Shown in pieces: positions 30,292 to 38,313 of a stretch of 45,020 nt of DNA. The stretch covers positions 1 to 45,020 of IMG/VR virus record IMGVR_UViG_3300033508_000421; one strand, 5' to 3'. The notes under the pieces were generated by a model. That model ran no database searches. It was not told where the DNA came from and was given only the letters and a program-made list of their open reading frames with translations. Positions within the stretch are counted from its first letter, which is position 1. Each line of letters begins with the position of its first letter. Origin of the DNA: a virus. Lineage: Duplodnaviria > Caudoviricetes. Position numbers and translations under genes: made by a program.

Positions 30292-31287
30292 TTAAGCGAT
30301 CTCAAAGTCATTAGACCTTAATTCTTCACCCCTTACTGTTTTATTAACCCTTCTTCTACTTTCATAAGATCCATAACCTCTTTGACCACCCTTCGCATTA
30401 AGAAAGTACTGAATTGCATTTCTATCACCAGCATCTACTAATTCAGTCAATTTATATTCAACATAGTCCAAAAACATCTCTTCTATCTCTAAATATATCT
30501 TATATAAAGTAGCATTATCTTCTATTAATAACTTGATATTATGCCTTGAAATCTTCAATTTTCTAGCACATTCACTCAAATTACCCTTACATTTCAATAA
30601 CATTAGCATCAAATCAATAGCATCTACTTTCAATCTATCATTTACTGCCTTTGCAAAGATACTTTTTTCCATCTTTATATCTTTCAACCACCTTGCTTTT
30701 ATCACTTCTACATCTTCTTCACTTAAATTTAAATAAACTTCTTCATCATTCATAATTACTGCATTGTTTTTTGATATAAAGTTATTAATTCCACCATCAT
30801 ACCTTTCTATAATATATGGAATTTCTACTTTATGTATAAATATTATAAAATTACCCAAAACCCTATTCTCTTCCCTTCTTCTATTATCAGCAGCAACCCT
30901 TCTTCTATAAGTTTCAATTCTATCTTGTAAAGAATATAAATCTTGCATTGTAGTATAAGTATTTATCTGATAATTTTCATAATATTCTAACCTATCCCTA
31001 TTCTTACCCCTTCTCCATTTAATCTGATCAACTGAATACTGTCTATTTAGCCAATAATCTACTTTATTTTTAAACCAACTATTTATAAAACCATCTTCTA
31101 AATTTGTATAAAAAAGTTGATCCTTAAACCACTTCTTATTCCCTAAATAATAAACACTAAATGGTTTCATTTCAGGCACAAATTCTTCTTTCCATATTCT
31201 ACCACATAATAAAGAATTAACTATATCATTCCTAAAAACCCTTCCAGTATATTTATTCTTTAATTCACTTATAAACTTTTTTTTCAT
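30292..31287 (-). CDS. Protein with C-terminal terminase-small-subunit-like HTH domain; likely start 31287
   Basis: GNLSECARKLKISR (HTH) and FLDYVEYKL...GDRNAIQYFLNAKGGQRGY resemble Bacteroidota-phage TerS; AATATATAA box 4 nt before the ATG. Confidence 0.6.
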   Translation of the reverse strand: MKKKFISELKNKYTGRVFRNDIVNSLLCGRIWKEEFVPEMKPFSVYYLGNKKWFKDQLFYTNLEDGFINSWFKNKVDYWLNRQYSVDQIKWRRGKNRDRLEYYENYQINTYTTMQDLYSLQDRIETYRRRVAADNRRREENRVLGNFIIFIHKVEIPYIIERYDGGINNFISKNNAVIMNDEEVYLNLSEEDVEVIKARWLKDIKMEKSIFAKAVNDRLKVDAIDLMLMLLKCKGNLSECARKLKISRHNIKLLIEDNATLYKIYLEIEEMFLDYVEYKLTELVDAGDRNAIQYFLNAKGGQRGYGSYESRRRVNKTVRGEELRSNDFEIA

Positions 31288-31302
31288 TTTATTATATATT
31301 AA

Positions 31303-31334
31303 TTTGGAATTGATTGAAATAATATATACCTTTG
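31303..31334 (+). promoter_or_regulatory. Bacteroidota sigma-A type promoter, divergent from the structural block
   Basis: TTTG (31303-06), 20 nt, TACCTTTG (31327-34). Confidence 0.7.
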
Positions 31335-31415
31335 ATGAGAAAAATTTACATACAGTCAATAAAAGAAAAACATAAAATAGAATTTTATAAATACATTTTA
31401 AAAACATTACCATAT

Positions 31416-31601
31416 ATGGACACAACACAAGATTTGAACATCAGACAATTAGAAGATAGAATTAAAATGACTAACAACGCATTCAGTATTCTACCTGAAC
31501 ATAAAACACAGGAAAGAGTAGATGCTTTAAATAAATTAATAAAACAACTATCAATAAAACAAAGAAATTTGAAAATTGAAAAAATAAAATCAAAACTATG
31601 A
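31416..31601 (+). CDS. Small hypothetical protein ending RNLKIEKIKSKL; likely start 31416
   Basis: The upstream TTG start overlaps the promoter, so the ATG at 31416 is preferred. Confidence 0.6.
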   Translation: MDTTQDLNIRQLEDRIKMTNNAFSILPEHKTQERVDALNKLIKQLSIKQRNLKIEKIKSKL

Positions 31602-31759
31602 TAATACTACTATTTATAATCCTTTTACTTCTTAAAGTAAAATGGTATGTTTGGGTTCTATTTGGAATATTCTCTCTATTTAGAATCATACTTGACCTTA
31701 CTTCCCTTATCAGATTATTGAAACTGGAAGATAAAAACAAAGAAAAAGAAAATGAATAA
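31598..31759 (+). CDS. Small membrane protein (53 aa, below the ORF-track cutoff)
   Basis: MIILLFIILLLLKVKWYVWVLFGIFSLFRIILD...; ATGA overlap upstream and overlap with the next start. Confidence 0.6.
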   Translation: MIILLFIILLLLKVKWYVWVLFGIFSLFRIILDLTSLIRLLKLEDKNKEKENE

Positions 31760-31952
31760 AAATTATGTACTAATGAAAGTAACTGAAATTAAAGAAGATA
31801 TGATTCCTTTTATTTTAGAAAAAACATCAACACCAGAAGGTCTATTTATTAAAATCCTAAAATCTTATTTCCCTGAAATGCCAGCAGAGGAATTTAAAAA
31901 ATTAAAAGAAAAAGATGAACCAACAAGCCCAAGAAAGATTAAAAAGGTATAA
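31752..31952 (+). CDS. Hypothetical protein (66 aa)
   Basis: Coupled to the upstream ORF. Confidence 0.6.
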   Translation: MNKNYVLMKVTEIKEDMIPFILEKTSTPEGLFIKILKSYFPEMPAEEFKKLKEKDEPTSPRKIKKV

Positions 31953-32038
31953 AGAACAAGAACTACTTCTTTTCATACAATACTACAAAGATACAAATCC
32001 AGAATTTGTAGAGTTTGCTAAAAAACTATTGAAAGAAA

Positions 32039-32290
32039 ATGAAACTAAACTATCCTAACCTAACACACAAGTTAGAAGTAATAATGAAAAAGTATTACCC
32101 AATTGCCTTTGATGAAGAAAATGAATTCATTAATGAAGAACTAAAAATCTTACTATTTGATGTAGATGATTTTAATGTTGATGATATTGATGAAATAGAA
32201 AGTAAAATCTTATCTGACTTAATCATCATACATAGACAATATAGAACTGAAATTCTCAGAAATGAATACCTAAAAAAACATCAATTATGA
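32039..32290 (+). CDS. Hypothetical protein (83 aa)
   Basis: A-rich start; N-terminus similar to 2440-2643. Confidence 0.65.
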   Translation: MKLNYPNLTHKLEVIMKKYYPIAFDEENEFINEELKILLFDVDDFNVDDIDEIESKILSDLIIIHRQYRTEILRNEYLKKHQL

Positions 32291-32293
32291 AAA

Positions 32294-33607
32294 ATGAACT
32301 ATAAATTAATAACAGGAGATTGTTTAGAAAAATTAAAAAAATTACCAGATAATTCAGTAGATAGTATAGTGAGTGATCCTCCTTCATCTATAAATTTTAT
32401 GGGTCAAGAATGGGATAATGATAAAGGTGGTAGAGATCAATGGATAAATTGGCTCACTGAAATAATGAAAGAATGTAATAGAGTATTAAAACCAGGTGGT
32501 CATGCATTAGTATGGGGATTACCAAGAGTTAGTCATTATACTGCTATGGGTTTAGAAAATGCTGGGTTTGAAATTAGAGATAAAATTATTCACTTGTTTT
32601 CCACTGGATTCCCTAAATCACATAATATTTCAAAGGCCATAGACAAGAAATTAGGTGCTGAAAGAAAAGTAATTGGTTATGGTGTATCTCAACCACAAAA
32701 ATCAGGACATGCTGCTGGTAATATAAACTACCAAAAAGGACAAGAAAGATTTATTCCACCTATTACTGAAAATACTACTGACCAAGCAAAACAATGGGAA
32801 GGTTGGGGAACAGCATTAGCCCCTTCTCATGAAGAATGGATACTATGTAGAAAACCAATTCAAGAAAAAACAATTTCAGATAATGTTTTGAAATATGGAA
32901 CTGGTGCTATTAATATAGACAAATCCAGAATTGGAACTGAAATAATAAATACTCATGATTCACCAAAAGGAACATTTGCAGGTGGAGCACCAACTTCTAA
33001 CTCACCAAATAGAAAAGAAGATGAAGAAATAATCTATAAAGATCATATAGGTAGATGGCCTAAAAACACAATTCATGATGGCTCAGAACCTATTATGGAA
33101 GAATTTGATAAAGTAGGTAAAACAAAAAGTGGTTATAACCCAAAAGCAACACCAAAACAATATGGTGGTGGAACATTTGGTGGTGGATTAGTGCCTGGTG
33201 AATATGAAAGTGGTTATGGTGATGAAGGTAGTGTAGCAAGATTTTTTTATTGCTCCAAACCTTCAACCAAAGAAAGAAATATGGGATTAGATGATTTTGA
33301 AGATAAAGTAATAAAAGGTAGAGATGAAGGTCAAGATAAAGATAATTCAAAATATAAACCCAGACCTACACCAAGAAAGAATATTCATCCCACATTAAAA
33401 AGTGTAAGATTAATGTCCTACCTAATAAACTTAATCACACCAGAAAATGGTATTGTATTAGATCCTTTTATGGGCTCTGGAACAACAGGAATTTCCGCAC
33501 TACTAAATAACTATAAATTTGTTGGAATTGAAAAAGAAAAAGAATATATGGAAATCGCAGAAGCAAGAATTAAAGCTTTTGAATCTTATAGACAATTCTT
33601 AAAATAA
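32294..33607 (+). CDS. DNA amino-methyltransferase (N4-C/N6-A, beta-class order)
   Basis: GDCLEKLKKLPDNSVDSIVSDPPS, RVLKPGG, GFPKSHN, HPTLK, LDPFMGSGTTG. Confidence 0.93.
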   Translation: MNYKLITGDCLEKLKKLPDNSVDSIVSDPPSSINFMGQEWDNDKGGRDQWINWLTEIMKECNRVLKPGGHALVWGLPRVSHYTAMGLENAGFEIRDKIIHLFSTGFPKSHNISKAIDKKLGAERKVIGYGVSQPQKSGHAAGNINYQKGQERFIPPITENTTDQAKQWEGWGTALAPSHEEWILCRKPIQEKTISDNVLKYGTGAINIDKSRIGTEIINTHDSPKGTFAGGAPTSNSPNRKEDEEIIYKDHIGRWPKNTIHDGSEPIMEEFDKVGKTKSGYNPKATPKQYGGGTFGGGLVPGEYESGYGDEGSVARFFYCSKPSTKERNMGLDDFEDKVIKGRDEGQDKDNSKYKPRPTPRKNIHPTLKSVRLMSYLINLITPENGIVLDPFMGSGTTGISALLNNYKFVGIEKEKEYMEIAEARIKAFESYRQFLK

Positions 33608-33644
33608 AAATTTGCTTAGGGAAAACCTATGCTCCTAAAAAATT

Positions 33645-33677
33645 AAAACCTTAACTATCAATTAGTTAAGGTTTTTT
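33645..33677 (+). terminator. Hairpin/terminator after the methyltransferase
   Basis: 13-bp stem AAAACCTTAACTA / TAGTTAAGGTTTT, 5-nt loop, T-tract. Confidence 0.75.
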
Positions 33678-33683
33678 CATTTC

Positions 33684-33792
33684 AATACAGGTTTGTAAAA
33701 AGACCAACTTTAATCCAGAATTTTGGTAATTTTTACCAAATTGTAATACAGGTTTGTAATTATTTACTATATATTGTAATACAGGTTTGTAA
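33684..33792. repeat. Three 15-bp direct repeats AATACAGGTTTGTAA (33684, 33745, 33778)
   Basis: Exact copies; an inverted repeat TTTGGTAA-TTT-TTACCAAA (33722-33740) lies between copies 1 and 2. Confidence 0.9.
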
Positions 33793-33810
33793 AAAAATAA
33801 TTTTTAAAAA

Positions 33811-34068
33811 ATGAAATTGAAAATGGAATGCGCATTAGTAATAATTAAAAAATCAGGTGAAACATCTTCCCAATACCACTACCTTGATATTAAAGAACTA
33901 TCCAGAATCTACACTACCAAAGAAAATAAACTATTCTACTACCTTGAAAGAACCAAAAAAGATAAACCTAATATCACATCTGAAACAAAAGGACAAGTAA
34001 AATTCTATCTCAAAGACCAAGTAATCCCTTATCTAAGCTCAAAGTTAGGGGTAGATATAACATTATAA
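33811..34068 (+). CDS. Small winged-HTH, excisionase/MerR-like DNA-binding protein
   Basis: YLDIKELSRIY...LFYY...KGQVKFYLKDQVIPYL pattern; basic, 85 aa. Confidence 0.45.
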   Translation: MKLKMECALVIIKKSGETSSQYHYLDIKELSRIYTTKENKLFYYLERTKKDKPNITSETKGQVKFYLKDQVIPYLSSKLGVDITL

Positions 34069-34977
34069 AGATAATTGAAATTAAGGGTGTTTCTGATTGA
34101 AATAGAAGGTGTTAAAGGGTATTATGCTCATTACACACAATGTCCAAATGGGGATTAGATTGCCATGGCCTGTTCCTCTTCTACATAAGAACCAGGTTCC
34201 CTTTATTCTATTAAGGGAAGTCCTATACACCTGTATATCAGTGAGTTATGGATCATTTTGACCTTATAGAAGAACATATACACTTATTTACATATGTAAA
34301 TAAGCTCATTAGTCCTATAATATGATATTGGGCTGGGTGTTTCAAACCCCCTGAAACCCCCTAATATCAAGGGTTTCCAACTTGTATATACAAGTTAGTC
34401 AATCCTACAACCCAATGAAATCAACCCTTTCATAACTAATTGATACACAACACTACCCCTATAACCCAATGAAATCAACCCTTTTAGAGTATATGTTCAA
34501 TCTCTTAATGTAATTCCCAAAATCTATTAATATTCAGTAGTTGGTATAACATAGTAGTGGGTATAAACTACTAATAAAAATAATAGATTGTTTTATAGTT
34601 AATTTTCTATTCAATTCCCTTCCCTTCCTTCCCAATAGACAAAGGGAACACCAACCCAATAAATAAAAAATAATATATATAAAAATATTTAAACTTTTTT
34701 GACATTATTAGCTATAATAATTAGGTTATATGAAATATTATATGTATCTTTGTATTCAAGTTATGAGTATTGTTCTTTGTAAATAATGTGTTAAAATATG
34801 AAAATAAAGTGTTAAATATTTGGTAATGTCAGAACTAATAAGTATATTGCCAACTTGTTTAGGACTTTATTACATAGGGGAAAAGGGGGTGATTAGTAGT
34901 ATATATAAGGGTGATTTTTCCACAGGGTTTTTAGGTTTCAAGAAATGTTGATGTTAAACAATTAAATAATAAATAAT
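34069..34977. other. Largest non-coding region: putative replication origin/recombination locus
   Basis: About 900 bp without an ORF; perfect palindromes, 22-bp direct repeats, IHF-like boxes, an AT-rich tract and a C-to-G skew switch. Confidence 0.55.
34721..34850 (+). promoter_or_regulatory. Two candidate Bacteroidota-type early promoters
   Basis: TTAG-N20-TATCTTTG (34721-34752) and TTTG-N20-TATATTGC (34819-34850); each deviates from the consensus. Confidence 0.5.
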
Positions 34978-35274
34978 ATGAAAAAGTTCAGTTTTAATTC
35001 TTCAAGTAAGAAAGTTAGTTTAAGTAATTATGGTATGATGTTAAACACCTTTGGTAATAAGGTTGATAAGGCTTACCCAGGGTTTAATGAGATGCTATTT
35101 AATATGGGGTATAAGACAAGGACATCTATTAATAATAGTGTGTTAATTAAAGGTTTCTTTGCTTCAAATGTAGATAGATTTGTCTATGCTGGTATGTTGT
35201 CATATATTATTGACAATTGTGTTGATTTGAATAGTTTTGAAGGTGAATTGGTAAGAAATTTCTTAAAAGGTTAA
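34978..35274 (+). CDS. Early hypothetical protein (98 aa)
   Basis: First gene of the small-gene array; A-rich leader. Confidence 0.75.
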   Translation: MKKFSFNSSSKKVSLSNYGMMLNTFGNKVDKAYPGFNEMLFNMGYKTRTSINNSVLIKGFFASNVDRFVYAGMLSYIIDNCVDLNSFEGELVRNFLKG

Positions 35275-35278
35275 TAAT

Positions 35279-35623
35279 ATGAATAAGAAGCAGACATTAA
35301 GTAATTGTGTTAAGTTAGAACATAATATAGGTACATTTGTTAGTGAGTTCAATGATATATTGGACAATGATAGAATTGCTCTTCCATTGAAGAAATGGAT
35401 CATTAAAGGTGGTGTAAGAAATGATTATGTGTATGTTATTTGTATGCAAGAGGTGTGTAGTAAGTTAGATAGTTTGTATAATACTTCTTGTTTTAATTAT
35501 GATGTTTTAGATTTGTTTATTGAAAGAAATGGGTATAATATGTTAGATTATTTATGTGATGGGTATTTAGTTAGGTTAAGGAGGTTAAAAATAAATAAGA
35601 TTAAGTTGAAAATAGTTCAATAA
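35279..35623 (+). CDS. Early hypothetical protein ending RRLKINKIKLKIVQ
   Basis: Tightly packed in the array. Confidence 0.75.
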   Translation: MNKKQTLSNCVKLEHNIGTFVSEFNDILDNDRIALPLKKWIIKGGVRNDYVYVICMQEVCSKLDSLYNTSCFNYDVLDLFIERNGYNMLDYLCDGYLVRLRRLKINKIKLKIVQ

Positions 35624-35691
35624 ATATTTGGTAGATTGAATTATTATGATTACCTTTGTTTTGTATTAGAATAATACATGTATAGGTTAAA
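35599..35691 (+). promoter_or_regulatory. 93-bp promoter cassette, copy 1
   Basis: TTTG (35627-30), N20, TACCTTTG (35651-58); near-identical to 36459-36551. Confidence 0.85.
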
Positions 35692-35708
35692 TTAAAAAAG
35701 ATAAAGAT

Positions 35709-35990
35709 ATGGAAAAAGGACTTATTTTAATGAAAGAATATTTAGATGATTTGGAATTATCATTTTTTGCTGAATATATTAGGGGTGATAAGTGGCTTAT
35801 TCACAAGTTTGAGGATTCTGATAATCCTTATGTGATTATTGAAGATATATTGGATTTGATGGGTTTAGCACCTATTGATTTTGAGACTGATAGTGATGAT
35901 AAGAAGCAGTTAGTTAGGGAATTGACTTGGTATATTGATGAATATGTATGTGAAAGATTTGGATTAACTTTTGTTTTATTTGAAAATTAA
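35709..35990 (+). CDS. Small acidic hypothetical protein
   Basis: D/E-rich; AAAAAAGATAAAGAT leader. Confidence 0.8.
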   Translation: MEKGLILMKEYLDDLELSFFAEYIRGDKWLIHKFEDSDNPYVIIEDILDLMGLAPIDFETDSDDKKQLVRELTWYIDEYVCERFGLTFVLFEN

Positions 35991-36011
35991 TAATAATTAA
36001 AAACTATAAAA

Positions 36012-36464
36012 ATGAAAAAACAGGTAATTGATAGTGCTAAGAAAGTTTTAGAAGCTTTTGGTACGCCAGCAGAATTATTCAAGGGTAAAGAGATTAAACA
36101 AGTTATGCCACCATTTCATGTTTCTATGTATATAGGGGGTAAAATGGAATGGGAAGGCCTTGTTAGAATAGTTGATGCTATGTGTTCTAAAATGTATGGA
36201 AGGCCTTTTTACAAGGATGGGTATTGCTTTATGAATGAGAAGGGATCAGTGACTATATTTGATGCTGGGGGTAGGGAATATAATATTGACAGTAGGGTTG
36301 TTTTTCAGGCTTTGGCAGTCATTATATATTGTTCTATGTTAGAGATTGGTTGTTTTGGAAGGACTAAATTATCAGCAGAATTATTCAAGGTTCAGATGGA
36401 TGCTTATAGTTCTTTCAAGTTTTCTGACACTGAAAATTATGTTATTGCTAATATATTGGATTAA
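36012..36464 (+). CDS. Possible ArdB/KlcA-like antirestriction protein
   Basis: Colinear remote resemblance: EGLVRIVDAMCSKMYG...FY.DG..FM...ALAVIIY...ENYVIANILD C-terminus; 150 aa. Confidence 0.4.
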   Translation: MKKQVIDSAKKVLEAFGTPAELFKGKEIKQVMPPFHVSMYIGGKMEWEGLVRIVDAMCSKMYGRPFYKDGYCFMNEKGSVTIFDAGGREYNIDSRVVFQALAVIIYCSMLEIGCFGRTKLSAELFKVQMDAYSSFKFSDTENYVIANILD

Positions 36465-36551
36465 GTTGAAAATAGTTTAATAATTATTTGGTAGATTGAA
36501 TTATTATGATTACCTTTGTTTTGTATTAGAATAATACATGTATAGGTTAAA
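36459..36551 (+). promoter_or_regulatory. 93-bp promoter cassette, copy 2
   Basis: Two mismatches from copy 1; TTTG (36487-90), N20, TACCTTTG (36511-18). Confidence 0.85.
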
Positions 36552-36570
36552 CAATTAAAAATATAAAGAT

Positions 36571-36918
36571 ATGAAAAAATTAGATTTAGTATTAGGTAAT
36601 TTGAATAGTGTTAAGATGGAAGTAGTAGTTAAGGTTCATGACTATGAATATCAGGCGATGGTTTTGGATCATTGTGGTGATGATTTGTGGGATGATGATG
36701 GGAACCAGGTTAAATATGGTGATGATAAGTATGCTTCTATGTATGATGATGAAGTTAAGTATAACACTCAACAGTTTTTATTAAAGAAGATTTATGGTTA
36801 TGGTGATAGTTATATTTTGATGGATTTTACTGATTTGGAATATACTGACACTATTGAATATATTCCTAACAGTGATCAGTTTTTTCACTTGTTCAAGGTG
36901 GTTATAGATGTTAAATAA
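36571..36918 (+). CDS. Small acidic hypothetical protein
   Basis: D-rich; downstream of the promoter cassette. Confidence 0.8.
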   Translation: MKKLDLVLGNLNSVKMEVVVKVHDYEYQAMVLDHCGDDLWDDDGNQVKYGDDKYASMYDDEVKYNTQQFLLKKIYGYGDSYILMDFTDLEYTDTIEYIPNSDQFFHLFKVVIDVK

Positions 36919-36994
36919 GTTCTATATAGGTGGTGGAATTTTCCACAAGAATTTTGAGATTGAAATAATTATAAACTAAAAAAAAGATAAAGAT

Positions 36995-37372
36995 ATGAAA
37001 ATTAAAATGTTAGACAGGAATATTCTTTCTTTAATGAAAGAAGTAGAAGCAAAGAAAGTGTTTGCTACAATGGTTGTTAAGACAACTTTAATTGATAGTA
37101 ATGATTTGTATGATATAGATTGTGGTATGGGTGAAGATGAGTTAGATTGGTTAATTATGGTGACAAGTGCTAAATATGGTTGTGTTATAAACATAACTGG
37201 GAGTCATGATGAAGGGGGTTACTTTTGTTTTTCTACTTTTAATAGTAAGTGGATTGCTGATTGTTTTGTAAAGGAATTGGAAGCAAGAGGACATTTTGTA
37301 GATGGAATTTTGGATCCTTCAGTAATGGGTGAAGACCAATGGCAAGTTGAATATTCAATTAATATAAATTAA
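36995..37372 (+). CDS. Small acidic hypothetical protein
   Basis: Follows a junction element; AAAAAAAGATAAAGAT leader. Confidence 0.8.
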   Translation: MKIKMLDRNILSLMKEVEAKKVFATMVVKTTLIDSNDLYDIDCGMGEDELDWLIMVTSAKYGCVINITGSHDEGGYFCFSTFNSKWIADCFVKELEARGHFVDGILDPSVMGEDQWQVEYSININ

Positions 37373-37391
37373 AATAAAGGAGATTAAAGAT

Positions 37392-37694
37392 ATGAGAAAC
37401 ATTAATGAAATAATTAAAGAATTGAAAAGACATCCAGATTTTGTATATGCTGAAATATTTACAACTGATGATTTTGAAACTTTTGATATGTTTGATGGTT
37501 GTGATGAAGATGAAACTGAGGGTGTTGAATATAAAGATGATAATTCAGTAATTATTACTGATGATATGAAAAAACAAGGGAAAAGATTGTATAAGAAAAG
37601 TTGTATTGATTTCTTTCAATATGCTTATCAATATTCAAACCCTGGTGCATTTACTTTCAAGATTAAAAATGGTAAGGTAAAAATAAATAATTAA
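37392..37694 (+). CDS. Small hypothetical protein with acidic centre
   Basis: AGGAG upstream; tightly packed. Confidence 0.8.
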   Translation: MRNINEIIKELKRHPDFVYAEIFTTDDFETFDMFDGCDEDETEGVEYKDDNSVIITDDMKKQGKRLYKKSCIDFFQYAYQYSNPGAFTFKIKNGKVKINN

Positions 37695-37712
37695 AAATAG
37701 GAGGTTAAAGAT

Positions 37713-37943
37713 ATGAATACAGTAAAATTAGAAATGATAAAGGAAATAGTTAATGGAATGTTAAAAGGTAATGTTGAACACAATTATTTTAATAATGGTG
37801 ATTTTAATAAAGAAAACTTTGATGATATGTTTTCATATAAATGGGATAAGTATTGGTTAAAAACACCATCAGATAAAGTGGTAGAGGTCGCCCAAGATTA
37901 TTTTTTGGCACAATTGTTTTTGAAAAGTAGAAAAATTAATTAA
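37713..37943 (+). CDS. Small hypothetical protein
   Basis: AGGAGG 8 nt before the ATG. Confidence 0.8.
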   Translation: MNTVKLEMIKEIVNGMLKGNVEHNYFNNGDFNKENFDDMFSYKWDKYWLKTPSDKVVEVAQDYFLAQLFLKSRKIN

Positions 37944-37963
37944 ATAAATAGGAGATTAAAGAT

Positions 37964-38248
37964 ATGAAGAAATATAAGAACATTTTTGAAAGATTATGTA
38001 AAAGTGATGATACTTATTTCAGACAAATTGATTGTTTTCCAGATGGACTTGAACATATAGATGACCCTAATTTTTCACAAGAATCTTGTGATTGGGCATA
38101 TACAAATATGTTAGATATGTCTGATATGTATTCAAACTTTGATAATGTAGTAGATATGTGTAGGACTAATGATGATATGTCTATTGAATATATAGATGGT
38201 GGTATTTTGATTATTCTTGATTTTTTCATTAATGGTTGGGATGATTGA
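37964..38248 (+). CDS. Small acidic hypothetical protein
   Basis: D-rich; AGGAG upstream. Confidence 0.8.
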   Translation: MKKYKNIFERLCKSDDTYFRQIDCFPDGLEHIDDPNFSQESCDWAYTNMLDMSDMYSNFDNVVDMCRTNDDMSIEYIDGGILIILDFFINGWDD

Positions 38249-38313
38249 TTACTATATATGGGGTAGAATATTCCATAGGAATTTGAGTGTTAAACAATTT
38301 AAAAATAAATAAT

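Noticed and set aside
31900-32025. Leftward TATCTTTG promoter-like sequence near 31986-31993 with a 24-codon minus-strand ORF
   Set aside because: The -33 element is imperfect and the ORF is tiny and antisense to 31752-31952; too weak to call, though antisense transcription is possible.
34283-34304. N15-type telRL hairpin-telomere site
   Set aside because: The palindrome does not extend beyond 22 bp and no protelomerase-sized gene is present.
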